Positions 24,666 to 37,900 of a stretch of DNA of 64,000 nt are shown here, in pieces. Position numbers and translations under genes: made by a program. How positions within the stretch are numbered: position 1 is the first letter of the stretch; every line of letters begins with the position of its first letter. The DNA is taken from positions 124,001 through 188,000 of the forward strand of contig MU058345.1 in NCBI GenBank assembly GCA_013265495.1, given 5' to 3'. Source of the DNA: Vicugna vicugna. Taxonomy: Eukaryota. The notes beneath the pieces are model-generated. The model worked only from the letters and a program-made list of their open reading frames with translations, did no database searches and was not told the DNA's origin.

Positions 24666-27600
24666 GCTTGGATTTGCTCTCATCCCAGGCCCGAGCTGCC
24701 AGACAGGCAAGGCGGCTGATGCGACACCACTGCTGCTGCTCCAGAGGCTGGTCTGTGGCCACCTTCTGCCTGTGGTCGGGACCTTCCTGACTCCCTTCCC
24801 ACCTGGCTCCCCAGCCAGCCATTGCCCTGGTTTTATTTCCTAGAAGTGGGGTGAGGGCACAGGAAAGGGGCTGGAATTTCACACACCCCATTCTAATGCA
24901 GGCTCCAAGGCACATGTGTGTTCTGATGTGTGTGCGTCCTTTCCAGGCCACGGGTCCTGGTTCTTGATGCCTTCCTGACATTCCAGGACAGATAACCAGC
25001 ACCTCTGTTTTGTTTGTAACGCTGCCACTGCCCGTCCTGTTGTGCCCTGTCTGGTGCCTGCACCTCATTGCTCACCTTCTAAGCTTTTTTTTTTTCTCAG
25101 CCATCCCCATATCCCCTCATCACTCATCCCCACCATTGCATCAGAACTTTCCAGAGTTCTGTTTCCCCTACCTGACCCAGCCCTGCTCCATGCTCCCTCC
25201 TTCAGGGAGCCTCCCAGGACTGCTCCTCCTTTCCCTGCAGGGAGAGTCCTGTCCTGTGCCTCCACCCTCCCAGCCTGTCTGCCTTTGCTGGAGTCTGTGA
25301 GCCTGACCTGGGGGCCGGGGTGTTCTGCCTTTCCTCGACGGCGGTGCACAGGCAGGACAGTTTTTTCAGGCATTCACTCATTTTCACTCCATCATTCTAC
25401 AGACTTATTTGGAACACCTGGCATGCGACTGGCAGCCAGGCCCTGTGCTGGGTGATGGGGCTGGTGCTCTGAGTGACACAGTCCAGATGCAAGGAGTTTT
25501 CCCTGGGCCAGGCAGGGGTGGGCAGTGCAGCGTGGACCTACTGTTGCAGAGGTGGGAAGTGAGTCCAGAGGGCTCTGAGGGCATGCAGGCAAGTCAGGGA
25601 AGACTTCCTAGAGGAGGTGACTGTTTGACTCCCAAGGAGGGTGAGGGGGGGCAGTGTCCTACCCAGGGGTAGGCCTGAGCAAGGGCACGGAGACAAGGAC
25701 AAAAACCCAGAGTGTGCAAAGTAGAGAGAGGGGGACTTGGTGGTGGCAGGACAGGCTCGGGGCTTTCTCCTAATCGTGATCCGGGTCAGGACAGCCCATC
25801 TACCTCAGACACTGTCTTGGCTGCAGGGGCTCTTTTGGGGCCTGCCACTTGCACAGGCTCAGCACCTGCCCCTTCCCGCCGCGTTGAATTCCCGAGATCC
25901 TTCATTTCCCGTCTTCCCTGGACCTTCTTTGAGGTCGCTGCTTCCATCCCCCGGTCTCCAGACTAAACGGCCTCACCCAGGCCCACACCAGGAGGGCGTC
26001 GTGCTTCAGCATCCCCAGGATGATGGATGCTCTCTGCCATGTCACTGCTCAAGTTCCTGCCGGTCCCCTGATGATCTAACTGCCCAGGATAAAAAAGGTC
26101 ATAGCTACCACCCAGTGGGCACGTGCAGGGGAATGTCACACCCCTCATCCCATTTAACTCCCCAGCAGTCCAGTGTAGGTGTCATCCATCGTCCCCCCTT
26201 CTCCCAGTTTACCACTGAGGAAAGTGAGGCTTAGAGAGTCATTCGGCCACGGTCACACTGGTAGGAAGCGTCGGAGTCACTATGCACGCCTAAGTCTGTC
26301 TCCTAAACCTCTGTTCCCCGAAGGGACCTTTGCAGTCCTCAGTCCAGACTTGTCATTGTACAGGTGAGCACACGGAGGAGGCCAGGATGGGGCAGTGACA
26401 TGCCCAAGGTCACATCAGCCCTCCCTCCCTCTGGCGAGATGCCATCTCTGACTCTTAAGGCTTCCCACCTCCGTCCTGCTGCAGGGCGAGCTACCTCCTT
26501 GCTCCCACAGGACAAGGAGCCTGCTTCTCTCTGTCCTCGGGAGACTTTGACAGGAGACCAAGGTGTCCAGGACCCGCACAGGAAAGCTGTGAATGTAAAT
26601 TCCATCTCTGAGCCAGAGCTCACAGGCCACTCTGCTCCAGAGCCCTTGACTTGGGCTCCGGGGGCCGTGGGAAGGAGAAACGTGAGCGTAGAGAGTTTGC
26701 AGCATGTAGCTGCACTAGAGAAATGCGCAATGATATGAATAAATTTGAATAATAATGAGGGCAATGCCTGAATTAATAATGCTGGCTGCTCACCTGACCC
26801 ATCCCCTCCCCCAGGATCTCAGCACCTGCCACCCATCCCAGGAAACAGAGGCGAGCCTTATCCTTTCCTTCTTTAGAAGTCGTGGATGGGGTGTCGGGTC
26901 AAGCAGAGTTGGGGAGATGCTCACACAGTGTTCGGGGGAGGGGCCCTGTTTCTAACTTCCTGACCCCCTGCAGACCCAAAGAGCTGGATTTGCACACTTA
27001 ACCAAACAGGGTTGCCTCATTGTATTAACTCGTATGCTGGCCATCAGTCTGCTCCTAGCCTCGGTTCCCTTTATGTGCACCAACCAATGTGGATGTCAGA
27101 TGTCCAGGGCGATTCCAAGGGAAGAGAGAGCATGGCCCTTGGTCTTGAGAAGAGGTTTCCATTCTGGTGGAACGGATAGAGCAATCACCCCCCACCCAGC
27201 AGCTGCCCTCTACCCCATGACAAACAAAAGCATGAGCACAGGCCCTGATGGTTTGGGACAGGAAATCCCAAGGATAGAGCTGTGACGGCAGGGCTGAAAG
27301 GTGGGACAAGCTGTGTTTGCCTAAGGATCTAAAAGATCAATCTAGGAGGACTTCCTGGAAGGGGGAAATGTGGGCCGGGTTTGGAGAGAAGGGGAAATAT
27401 GGAGGCGGAGGAGGAGGTAGAGCAAGGACAAGAAGACTAGGGTTCTGTTTCTGGTGACTTAGAGGAAGGTCTTGGAATGGGGAGGGACAAGTTCCATTGG
27501 CTTACACACAGGAGTGATGGAGGATCAGGGAACTTTTGGAAGGCTGGGTTTGAAAGAGTTGGATGTGGGGATTATGGGAGCTGAGGAGGGAAAGAAGGGG

Positions 27601-28796
27601 GAGGAATCTCCTGAGTTCCAGGGGAAACTGATTTTGGTTACAGCGTGTGACAGATTGGGGACGTGCGTGGGAAGCCCCAGACCTCTCCCCGTGCTGTCCC
27701 GCAGCCCCTCCGTCTCCCATTCTCTTCCCTGTAGTCCAGCCCAGAGAACCGATGGTCACAGCATGGTACCCAGAACTGCCCCCCCACCAGGCCCACCTGT
27801 GCTGGGTTGGGTGGGTGGGTGGGAGCGGGGGAGGGGCGAAGAAACCCGCAGTCCAATTCCCTGCTCCATTTAGGCCCCACAATTAAAGGCAATTACTCTG
27901 CAGCTCTCTAATCAAATGCTCCCGGCCGAGCTGCCAGCCGGGCAGCCGTGTGTGGCTCCCGCAGCCAGAGGGCGAGTGGAACCCGGTCACGTGGCTCTCA
28001 CATCCCACAGTGCGGGGCGGGAGGCGGGCGTGGGCAGGTGTGTCCCTGTGTACGCACTCATGCCTCCAGAGCCTGGCAGCAAGGGTGCACACACGAAACG
28101 GAAAGTGTGCAGAGGTGGGCTCAGAGCCACTTTGGGACCCAGGAAGCTTATACACACACTGTGGATGTGCCTGTCCCTGGAATCTGCCTTTGAGCACTTA
28201 CTGGGTGTGTTCATGGGGGAATTGTACCTGGCATGGTGGCACACGTGTGTCACCTCACATGGGCTCATGTACGCACGTCCAAGTAGGGGGATGGTGGTCT
28301 ACGCCTGTCTCAAGGATGGAGGTGGACCACAGCATCCCCAGCAGGATTTGTTATGGATGCATCACCCATTGATGTGGGAGTCGGGCAGGGGAGCGCGGGA
28401 GAGGTGATTGAGCAAGAGCCCGGGACCCGAGGTGCGGAGGTTCTGTCCTTAACTCTCTGGGTGCCCTCGGGAAGGTGACACTTCTCCCTCGGCTCCAATG
28501 TCCTCTTCTGTAAAATGAGAGGGTCGGGCTAGTCTGGTGTCTACAGACTTTACATAACACTGCACCACTTTGTCTGATCACGCGCCTGAAGCCCATTCCC
28601 TTGGGCCACCCCAGCAAGCGGAGGAATCAAGGGCTGGCACGTGGCATCCTGCAGGGAAGGGGTTGGGGCTGCAGTGGGGCCAGGACTGGACTCTCACCCA
28701 TCATCTGGTGGGAATGGGAGCCCGGGAGGCGTGGCCCCTTGGTGGAACCCTGTCCTCACTCAACCCCTCACCCAGTGACGGCTTTGGCTTTGCCAG

Positions 28797-28946
28797 GGAC
28801 CCAGACCCGCTTCAGCCAGGAGCCAGCCGACCAGACTGTGGTGGCCGGACAGCGGGCCGTGCTGCCCTGCGTGCTGCTCAACTACTCCGGGATCGTGCAA
28901 TGGACCAAGGACGGGCTGGCGCTGGGCATGGGCCAGGGCCTCAAAG
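28797..28946 (+). CDS. KIRREL1: KIRREL1 exon 2 (Ig1 N-half)
   Basis: tttgccag|GG ACC CAG ACC CGC (G-TQTRFSQ...GMGQGLK) ... AAA G|gtgagt. Confidence 0.96.
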
Positions 28947-31900
28947 GTGAGTGGGGCCGCCAGCCAGCCCAGCCTCCAGACTCTCCCCTGTCTGCCTCCC
29001 TCCCCAACCAACAAGGACTCCTGGACCCCCACCACCCCGTCCCACACCACGCTCCTTCTCTGCGCTCCAGCCTCCCCTCTGCCATTTGTGTGTGTGTCTG
29101 TCTCTCCCTCTCCTCCTGAGCTCTGTCTCCACTGCTTTCCAAACCCCACAGCTCCACCTTTCCTCCTGGCTGTGGACTGGCTCATGAAAGGCCAGCGGGA
29201 AGCCTGAGAGATCAAGGGAAATCCAGAGACCTTTACGTAAGAGACTTGCAGGCAGACAGGCAAAGCGGGAGGGTCTCGGAAGCCCCAAGCCCCTGCTCTC
29301 GCAGGAGGAGGACGCAGGCAACTTCTCCATCCTGCAAGTGTCTCCTGCCAGGCTGGCTTTTCTCCAGCCTCTCTCCTGACCCCCCACCCAGGCTGTGTCT
29401 GCTCAGGGGCCAAAAACTCATTTTAATATCAGCCTGAGCACTTAGTTATTTATTCATTCAACAAGCCTTTCTTAAGCACTATGGAGCCACTGCTGAAACA
29501 AACATGACTCAAGGAGGAAGAAAACCCTATATTCCAGAGCAAGTAAACGTAGCTGTGGAGAGGCCGCCGGGCAGAGTGGACAGGGAATCAGGACACCTGG
29601 GTACTGGTCCTGCCTCTGCCACCTCCCATCTGGGCGACCTTAGAAAAGCCACCTCACCTCTCTGGGCCTTCATTTACTCCTGTGTGAAACAGGCATGAGT
29701 CACAGGTCCGCCTGCCTGATCAAGGTGTTGGTGAGGTTTGAGCCAAATGAGAGAACGTGCCTCGTGAGAACAGTGTTCACTGTAAGGCGGTGTGATGATA
29801 AAAGCAGGGGGGAGATTGTCTATTTTTCTTCTTCTTCTTGTTCTGGGGGCTGAGATGATTATTTGCTGTGGGCTCCGTGTTTTAGTACAGGTGGGGGAAA
29901 TTTGTCTGTATAGAGCAATCTGTACGAAGGAAAGAGATGGGGCTGGTGGATCTATTGATGATAGAAACAGAAAGAAACTGGGAAAGAGAGAGATCAATAG
30001 ATATGGAGTGAGAAGAATCAATAGCCTCTGGACAGAGGGAGCTGGTGGGAGGGAGCTGGTGCCAGGACCAGGAGAGAGGGGTACTAGAGAGGGGCAAGGA
30101 GGAGTGGGAAGAGGGGCGCAGGAGGGAGGATGGAGAGGCCAGAGGCTCGGAGGTGCGCCCACTGTAGCCACGGCTTCTGCAGGGGACTGACTCAGTTTAG
30201 GGGCTCCTTTGGGGGGCTGGCAGGACCTTCCCTGGGTGAGTGAGGGTGAGACCGTAGCTTGCCCTGGGCTTCCCTCTGGCCCCAGTGAGCTCATGTCTGC
30301 GCTGAGATGGCCTATATTTCCTAGCGCCCACACACCCTCCCCCTCCCTCTCTGTTTCTCCCTGCTGTCTGCCTTTTTTTCCCCTTTCTTTCCTATTATTA
30401 TGAGAGACATTTGTCTGCAAACAGCTTCGGAGATTTCATCTGCTCCTGCTCAACTCCCTCTTCCGCTCTCCCCCGTCGCTCCTCCTGCTTTATGGCTCCC
30501 AGCCTCACTGTGGGAGGTTGTGGCATCGCGGTGTCTGCGTGGGGACCTCATCCTTGTCAAGGGCCCGTGGGGTCCCAGGAGCGGGTGGAGGGAGGAGTGC
30601 GGGCCCCGAGATGGGATGCGGACCCTGACGTGGGAAGAGGGTGCACCCTTGGGGGCTGGGTGGTCCAGGCTGATTCCCTAGCTCGCCCTCTCTGTTCCTG
30701 CAGCCTGGCCGCGGTACCGGGTCGTGGGCTCCGCGGACGCCGGGCAGCACAACCTGGAGATCGCAGATGCGGAGCTCTCTGACGACGCCTCTTACGAGTG
30801 CCAGGCCACGGAGGCCGCCCTGCGCTCCCGGCGAGCCAAGCTCACCGTGCTCAGTAATGACCCCCACCTCCTGCAGGGCCCCCAGCCTCCTCCTGTCTCT
30901 TTCTGTTGCTGCCCTGGCTGCCCCCGCTTCTCCAGTTTTCTCTTTCGTTTCCCAGCCTCTCTCTCTCTGTTCCTGGCTTCCTGTCTGCCCCTACTATCTC
31001 CCTAGCTTTCCCTCCCCAGATCCTGTAAACTTTTCCCAAAGCCAAGTTCAGACAGAAGAGAGCAAGACGGGCACGTGGGCGCGCACTGGTGGGACACGTG
31101 GGGTGTGCGAGCTCTGGCATCCTGTCGGCCCCAGCCTGTGCCCAGGTCACAGGGACTGGGCTCCGCCTTGTGGCCATAGGCGCTCCCCACCAGAGTGGAG
31201 GCGAGTTGGGGTGATGGACACCCCGGCCTCTCCCAGCAGATGGACTTGTCGGTGAGAAGGCGACTCCCTTCCTCTCCTTCTCTGCTGCCTCGGAGCCCAA
31301 GAAACTGCCCCCTTGGCTCCTTTTCCTCCATACTCAGCCCCTCCTCCTCTTCGCTGCCTCGTTTCCACCCTCGGCACTCATCCCTCCTCCTTGGCTTCAC
31401 CTCAGGCCTCCTCAGGGAACAGGGGAGCAGGACTGGAAGGAATGGGCCTTGAGGGCTGAGAACTGAGGAGGGGGTGGGGCGGGGGCCTCTGGAGGAAGCC
31501 TTGCCCCCAGCTGCCGCCCATGGGGCACAGAGCAGATGTCCCTCTATGGTAACATCCGGGGCCATTTGCATAATGAGGGGATTCTGTCCTGCACACAGTA
31601 CAGGAATGAGGCCAGCTCTGACCCGCCACCCCCACCCGCCACCCTGCTACCTCCCTGGCGGTACCTCTGGCTCCATCCGTCTTTCTGTCTCCCTCCAGCT
31701 CTGGTGCCCGGCTGGGCCCTGCTTCTGCTGTGCTCTGTCTCCGGCTCGGCTCTGCCTGCCTGTGACCCTCCTTCTTCCCTTCTGTCTTCACCTCTGCCCC
31801 TTTCCTTTTTCCTGCCTCCATCTGATCTCTCCTGCTCCCTCTCTTTTTCTCTCCCCAACCCTGAAATCCTTGAAGTGGGGGACGCCCCCTGGAGGGGTGG

Positions 31901-34900
31901 GAGGAAGGGGAGGGGCCCTGAGACAAGTGAGATGAATGAGTTTGGGCACAAGGAAGGTGTCTACATGGGGGAGAAGGGGGAGAATGGGACAGGTCGCCCT
32001 CGGGTGACCTGGGAGTCGGGAGACCTGGGCTGTCTTGGCATTACGACCCTGAAGCGGCCATGACCTGCGGACAGCAGCGTCCTCGGTCACGTGGCATAGT
32101 GAGGCCAGCCTTTTCTTAGCAACTGCCGCTTTGCTGCTCCCTGAGCAGGGAGGTGTAAACCGTGAAGGTCTGGACAGATGTGAGGTGTCAGGACAAGTGA
32201 GGACTGGAGGGACCGACAGCCAGTGTCTCTGGATGTACAGGCCCTGCGGGACTAGCACTCAAGGCTGCTGGATGACATGCTTTTCCTCTCCGGTGGGGAC
32301 AAAATGGGCAGAATTAGCAGGGAGCAGGATGGAGGCGAGGGAACGGGAGTCAGCTGACCGCCGGGGGGAGGCAGGGGATGCCAAGACATCAACTTCTGTC
32401 CCTCGCTGAAGAGGGTATGAGCCCCCGCGCTGGTCCAGGCGTTCTGAGGGAACATGAGGTTCTTACGAGACCTTCTCTCTGCTTTTCCCCCCTCCCTAAC
32501 TGCCTCAGCGTGGGTCCTGGAAGGTGTACTTCTGAGCTGGAGAACACCTGTCCCGTGAGGGGGCGCTGATACTCCTCTCCCTTCCTGCTCTTAGCCCGGC
32601 ACAGAGATGGAGAAATAGAGATGAGTGCAGGCCGACCAAGCCCCTGGATAGTACAGGAACAAGGACTTAGCATGGCATCCGGTGGCTTGATTCAATCAAA
32701 GAAGGCTTCCTGGCAGAGGAGAACATCAATGGAGGAGTACCTGGTTAAGAAAGCTTGCAAGTCAGTGAGGGAGAACCACATGACAGGGGAGCTGACTGGT
32801 TTGTTTGGAGGGCGCACGATCGGTGTTGAGGATGTGAGCCTTTGGAGTCTGGACGGTTTGGGCGGATGAGGGGAGCCGAAGGAGCCCTAAGAGCAAGAGA
32901 TGAACGATTAATCCGGCTCCTCCTTTCCCCTCACTCTTCCTCCCCCAACCGTGTCCCTCTGGAACTCTCCAGCTCCCTGCCTCTTGCAGCCACATGGAGG
33001 CCAGAAGGCAGCAGGGCATTTTGTGGCGCCTCCCTGCTTGCCTGCTTGCACACAGCCTTGGTCCATGGCAGCCGGGGGCCCAGAGACTAGGCAGGACGGA
33101 GTGGAGAGTGGGCTGTTCTCAGTGCCTGGACCCAGGCTCCCTGCCCTCGGCCAACCTCTCAACCTACCCCCATCTGCAGCCACGCCCCTCCATGGTCCAG
33201 CCGCCACCCCAGACCAGCCCCGGCCTCGGAGCAGCTGCCTCCCACCCTCGCAGAGGCAGAGGCAGACGTAATATAGATCTGCAGGCCTCCAGCTTCCTCA
33301 TTATTTACAGCAATAACCACTTGAGTGCGGAGGTGACGAGCGTGGCTCGGGGTCAGCGGGCCTGGTCCACTTCCCAGCACGGCTGTTTCAGTGACTCCTG
33401 TCTCTGAGCACATCTGCCTGACCTCCCTGGGCCTCGATGCCTTATCTGTCAATGGGGGTGGGTGGTATTTACCATGAAAGGATTCATGAGATAGCCTTGG
33501 TGATGAGGAGTCAATGAAGTCATGCACACGAGGCACGAGCTGACACGTGGTGAGCGTTCAGTGAAGGTGGAGATGCTGTCGATCACGTTACAGTTTACAG
33601 TTGGCTTCACATCCTCGATCTGGTTTTGCCGTCACGGTAACGACTCTGGGAAACATGTCAGTGTGCTTCCTGAAATTTTAGAAACAAGGAAACTGAGGCT
33701 GCAGACACATGGATATATTGATGTGCAAATTTAAGTCACGGATCATAAAAATGTTCATAAACTATACGTGGACACATGCCATCTGAGCGTGGCAGTGATG
33801 GCTGAGCAGACAACGCCCAGCCTTATTTTCCTTTGCCCCAGATGCCAAGAGAAAGGTGGGCTAGTGAACAAAGGGTGAAGGGCAGCGTTCCAAGGGAGGG
33901 GAGAACCAATGGGCGGGGAGGTCTTCCCCTCGGAAGCTGGACGCGGTGCCTCCCCAGCAGAAGCCCAGGGCCTCTGCCCATCCAGGACTGTCCTCCTGGG
34001 GTGTGGCGGCAGGACGGGACCTTGGAGAGGCCCACACAGACCAGGAGACCCTGAATGGCAGCTCTTTATCCATTTCTCTCCACCTTCCTCTCCTCACCCC
34101 ATTTCCAAATCTGCACCCATTAGCCTGGGAACCAAATACGCCAGCGAGCGAAGAGGAAGAGCCCAGGGTTCAGGGGTCACTCCCCAGCAGGGTGGGAGCG
34201 GAGGCGCTGCTGGCTCTTTTCCGAGCAGTAAAGTGGACACGCTGCACACGTCACACATGCCCTTCCCGTGACAGTCCGCGTACAGCACCTCATCTGGCCT
34301 TCTTGAGGGCCTCACCCAAGATCACGTGATGCATCACTAAAGGTGCCCGGACCTAATTCCAGGGCAGCCTGATCCTAACTCTCGAGCATACCCCGCTCTC
34401 CCACTCTGCACGCACGAGGCGAGCAGAGCGCTGGGACGGGCTGCAAGTGGTTTCTTGCTCCTAGAAACCCCAGCATGGAGAGAGACCACCACTTCACAGA
34501 CTCTAGGACAGCCCTACCCACCACTCGACTCAGAGGCCTCCCGGGGTCTCCTCTCAAGGGCTCCCTCAGAGAGCCCCCTCTGAGTCTCTGGGCCTTTCCC
34601 AGCAAAAAGCAAACAAAACCCTTTCACATGGCCGGCCTGAGGAACACGAGGCGGACCAGAACTCAAAATTACAATCAAAATCCTTCGGCCTTATCTCATC
34701 AGTGACTTAGTAATTCAGCTAACGTCCCCAAGGACATGCCATCCACCACCTTCTGCACTAGACCTTGGAGCTTTAAGAGAGAATGAGCAGCCCCTGGCCT
34801 CGGGGAACTTGCAGTCCGGCTCCCTGGGCATTCAGGAGCCTGTGGGGCCGGGCCAGAGGGAGGCTCGCCATTTCCTCGTCTCAGACATCCGATTGGTCAG

Positions 34901-37900
34901 TTCCCAGATTTAGCAGGAGCCTACTTTGGCCACATTCTAGGCACTGGAGATGGAATATTAGCGAGACAGTGTCCCTGCTTTTCCATGGATGACAGTTTTG
35001 TTGGAGGGGGGCATGGATAATCATAAGTAACCCACATACAAGGTCGATGGTGTTCGGAGCTCCGAGTTCCCCTGGGAGCCACCGAGCGGGTGGTTGAGGG
35101 GGACGTGGCAGGAGAGGCCCCGCGCAGCGGCTGGGACGTGAACAGGATGGACAGCGGTTCAGCAGGAGCTCTGAGAAGAGCAGTAGAAACAAGGCGAGGA
35201 GGTGGGAAAGCACAGGCCTTGGCCTGGCGAGTCCTGGACAGCAGGCGGAGGTGCTCTGCAGCTGGTGGCCGGGGAGGCTGGTAGACATGGAAGGTGTCTG
35301 AGCAGGGAGGAGGCGCAGTCTTAGCGGCGCTAGAGGGAAAATAGCCTGCCAGCAGGGATGGGTGGGTTGGGGCCAGCAGGGGCTGAAGGCAGGGAGTCCA
35401 CGTGGGACGTTGCTATAATAGACCCACTCGTCCGGCTGCCCCAGACAGGAGGGAGGGGATGTAAGAAGCTCTGAGGAGCTAGCCACCTTTCTGTGCCAGG
35501 CCCCCCAGGCCACAGGAGCGACAGATACGGTGATCATAAGTTAGGGGGTGAGGATGGCACTGCCCCGCCAAGGGGTGGACATGCAGTCGGAGGGATCCCT
35601 CCAGGGGCAGGGGTTTTGGTCATCAGGACAGTGTTGGCTGCACCCTGGACTGACTTTGCTCTTCCCCACAGTCCCCCCGGAGGACACCAGGATTGATGGC
35701 GGTCCTGTGATTCTGCTGCAGGCGGGCACACCCCACAACCTCACGTGCCGCGCCTTCAACGCCAAGCCCGCCGCCACCATCATCTGGTTCCGGGATGGGA
35801 CACAGCAGGAGGGGGCTGTAGCCAGCACGGTGAGACCCTGCCTGCTCCCCCAGCCCCTCCTGGGCCTCATCTCAGGTCACCTTTCCTTTTCCCCATGGAT
35901 GGACTCAGGGGTCACCCATGGGAAAGGAGGCCCTAGAGGTCATCAGGTCCAATCCTCCCAATAAACAGTTGGGAAAGTTGAGGTTCGGAGAGGAGAAGTG
36001 AATTCCCAGGTTCACAGCACCCTTCAGTACTTGGCAGAGATGAAGAATAATAGTGACAAGAACTACACTGATTAAGCACCTACTGTGTACCAGGCACTGT
36101 GCATGCTAAGCTCGTTATGGACAGTCTGTCTTAATCCTCATGGGAGCTTCATAAATGAGCTTATTTCCAGCTCACCAAGAGTAAACCGATGGTCAGAGAG
36201 GTTGAGTGACTTGCCCGAGGTCACACAGCTGACCCGCAGCACAGCTGGTTTATACCTGGGTCAGAACGTGGTCTCTCTCTGCTGAGCCCCTCGACCTTCC
36301 TCCCTCAGCCCCTAGTTGGTACATGATCCCAGTCGGCATGACTGAGAGGTCGGTGAGGCAGGGATCATGTGTGCATCTTAGCGATGAGGACCCTCTGGCT
36401 GAGAAAGACATCAGGTGACTTGCCCAGGACCACACGGCAAAGTTGACTGCAGAGCTGGAATTAGAATTCAGATCGCCTGTTTGGAGTTCCTCCTGCCCCT
36501 GCCCACAGCGGACAAATACATGTGCAGCCAGCAAACTGCAGGAGACCCTGCTCATTGAGGGGAGAGACGGCTCACCTGGGTGCCTTGGAGTGTGGCCCCA
36601 GGGAGTACCTACAGTAGCTCTGCATGACCTTGGACCGTCCACTCCTCGCTGGCCTTAGGGTCACCATTCGACAAACGAGAATTTGGCCTCGGTGGTGCTT
36701 AACCTTTTCACCACCAAGAACTGTGTTATTTTTCTCCTCTAGGGCTACACGTTTTGAAATATTTTGGCAACCAAACAAGCTGATTTGTTAATGGTCATTT
36801 GTCATCCACCCTCTTTTTTAAATTAATTAAAGGCGATGGGGCTTCGAAGCAGGCCAAGGGGGCTGGTGTTCCTGCACCAGGCTGGTACTGTTCCAGTACC
36901 GCATCAGGTCCAGCAAGGATGCGTGTGTGGCTGTCAAATCGTGAGGCTCTACTTTGCCTGATAGTGTGGCTTCCCTTAGGTAGCGTGCAGTACAGAAAGC
37001 AGCCCAAGGGTCCCTGTGACCATCCCCAGGGACCTCAGGTTGGATCTCACTGAGCCAGTGAGTCCCTTCCGTGCCCTCGAGGAGTTTACAGTCTAGCAGG
37101 AGAGACCCGGTACTGATGCACACACGGTGCCTAAGAGACAAGGCCAGATGTGCACAGGTCGCTGTGCAGGACAGACCGGCTGCGAGGGGCACAGGTTCAG
37201 GCTGGGGGAGAGTCCTGAGAGCAAAAGCAGACTTGCCAGAAGAGGAGGGACTCGGGCTGGGCTCAGAGAATTCCAGGAATGAGGCTCAAAGCCATAGGGA
37301 AAACTGTACAACACAGAGAGTGAACTCTAACGTAAATACGGAGTTTAGTGAGTAGTAACGTATCAGTATTGGTACATCAGTTGTAACACCTGTATTACGC
37401 TCGTGCATCATATTAATTAATAATTAGGGAAACTGTGGGGTCAGGGAGGTGGCTATATGGGAACTCTATATTTTCTATTCAATTTTTCTGTTAATTTAAA
37501 ACTTCTCTTAAAAATACAGTGTATTAATTGAAAACCAAACTGAACCCAACCTGGGGAGGAGGCAGGGGCTGGGGGAGGGGCTGAGCTTCAGGTTTAAAGC
37601 CCCCTCCAGCAAGCCCGGCTCCAACTGGGTGTCCCCGAGAGCAGAGGAGCTTGACTGTGCCTGGCCCCTCCCCACCCAGGAGCTGCTGAAGGACGGGAAG
37701 AGGGAGACCACCGTCAGCCAGCTGCTCATTAACCCCACAGACCTGGACATTGGGCGCGTCTTCACCTGCCGCAGCGTGAACGAGGCCATCCCGAGTGGCA
37801 AGGAGACGTCCATCGAGCTCGACGTGCACCGTGAGCAGGGTCCTGGGGAGGAGCGGGGGAGGTGGGCACCTTTTGAGAAGCACAGGAGAGTCCCCCTGGG

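Noticed and set aside
1..28796. KIRREL1 exon 1 / signal-peptide exon
   Set aside because: No MLSLLVW-like signal peptide exon or large CpG-island promoter seen; it must lie upstream of the window.
32550..32568. Forward CTCF-like motif gtcccgtgagggggcgctg
   Set aside because: Good 3' half but two mismatches in the 5' core; too weak to call without a PWM score.
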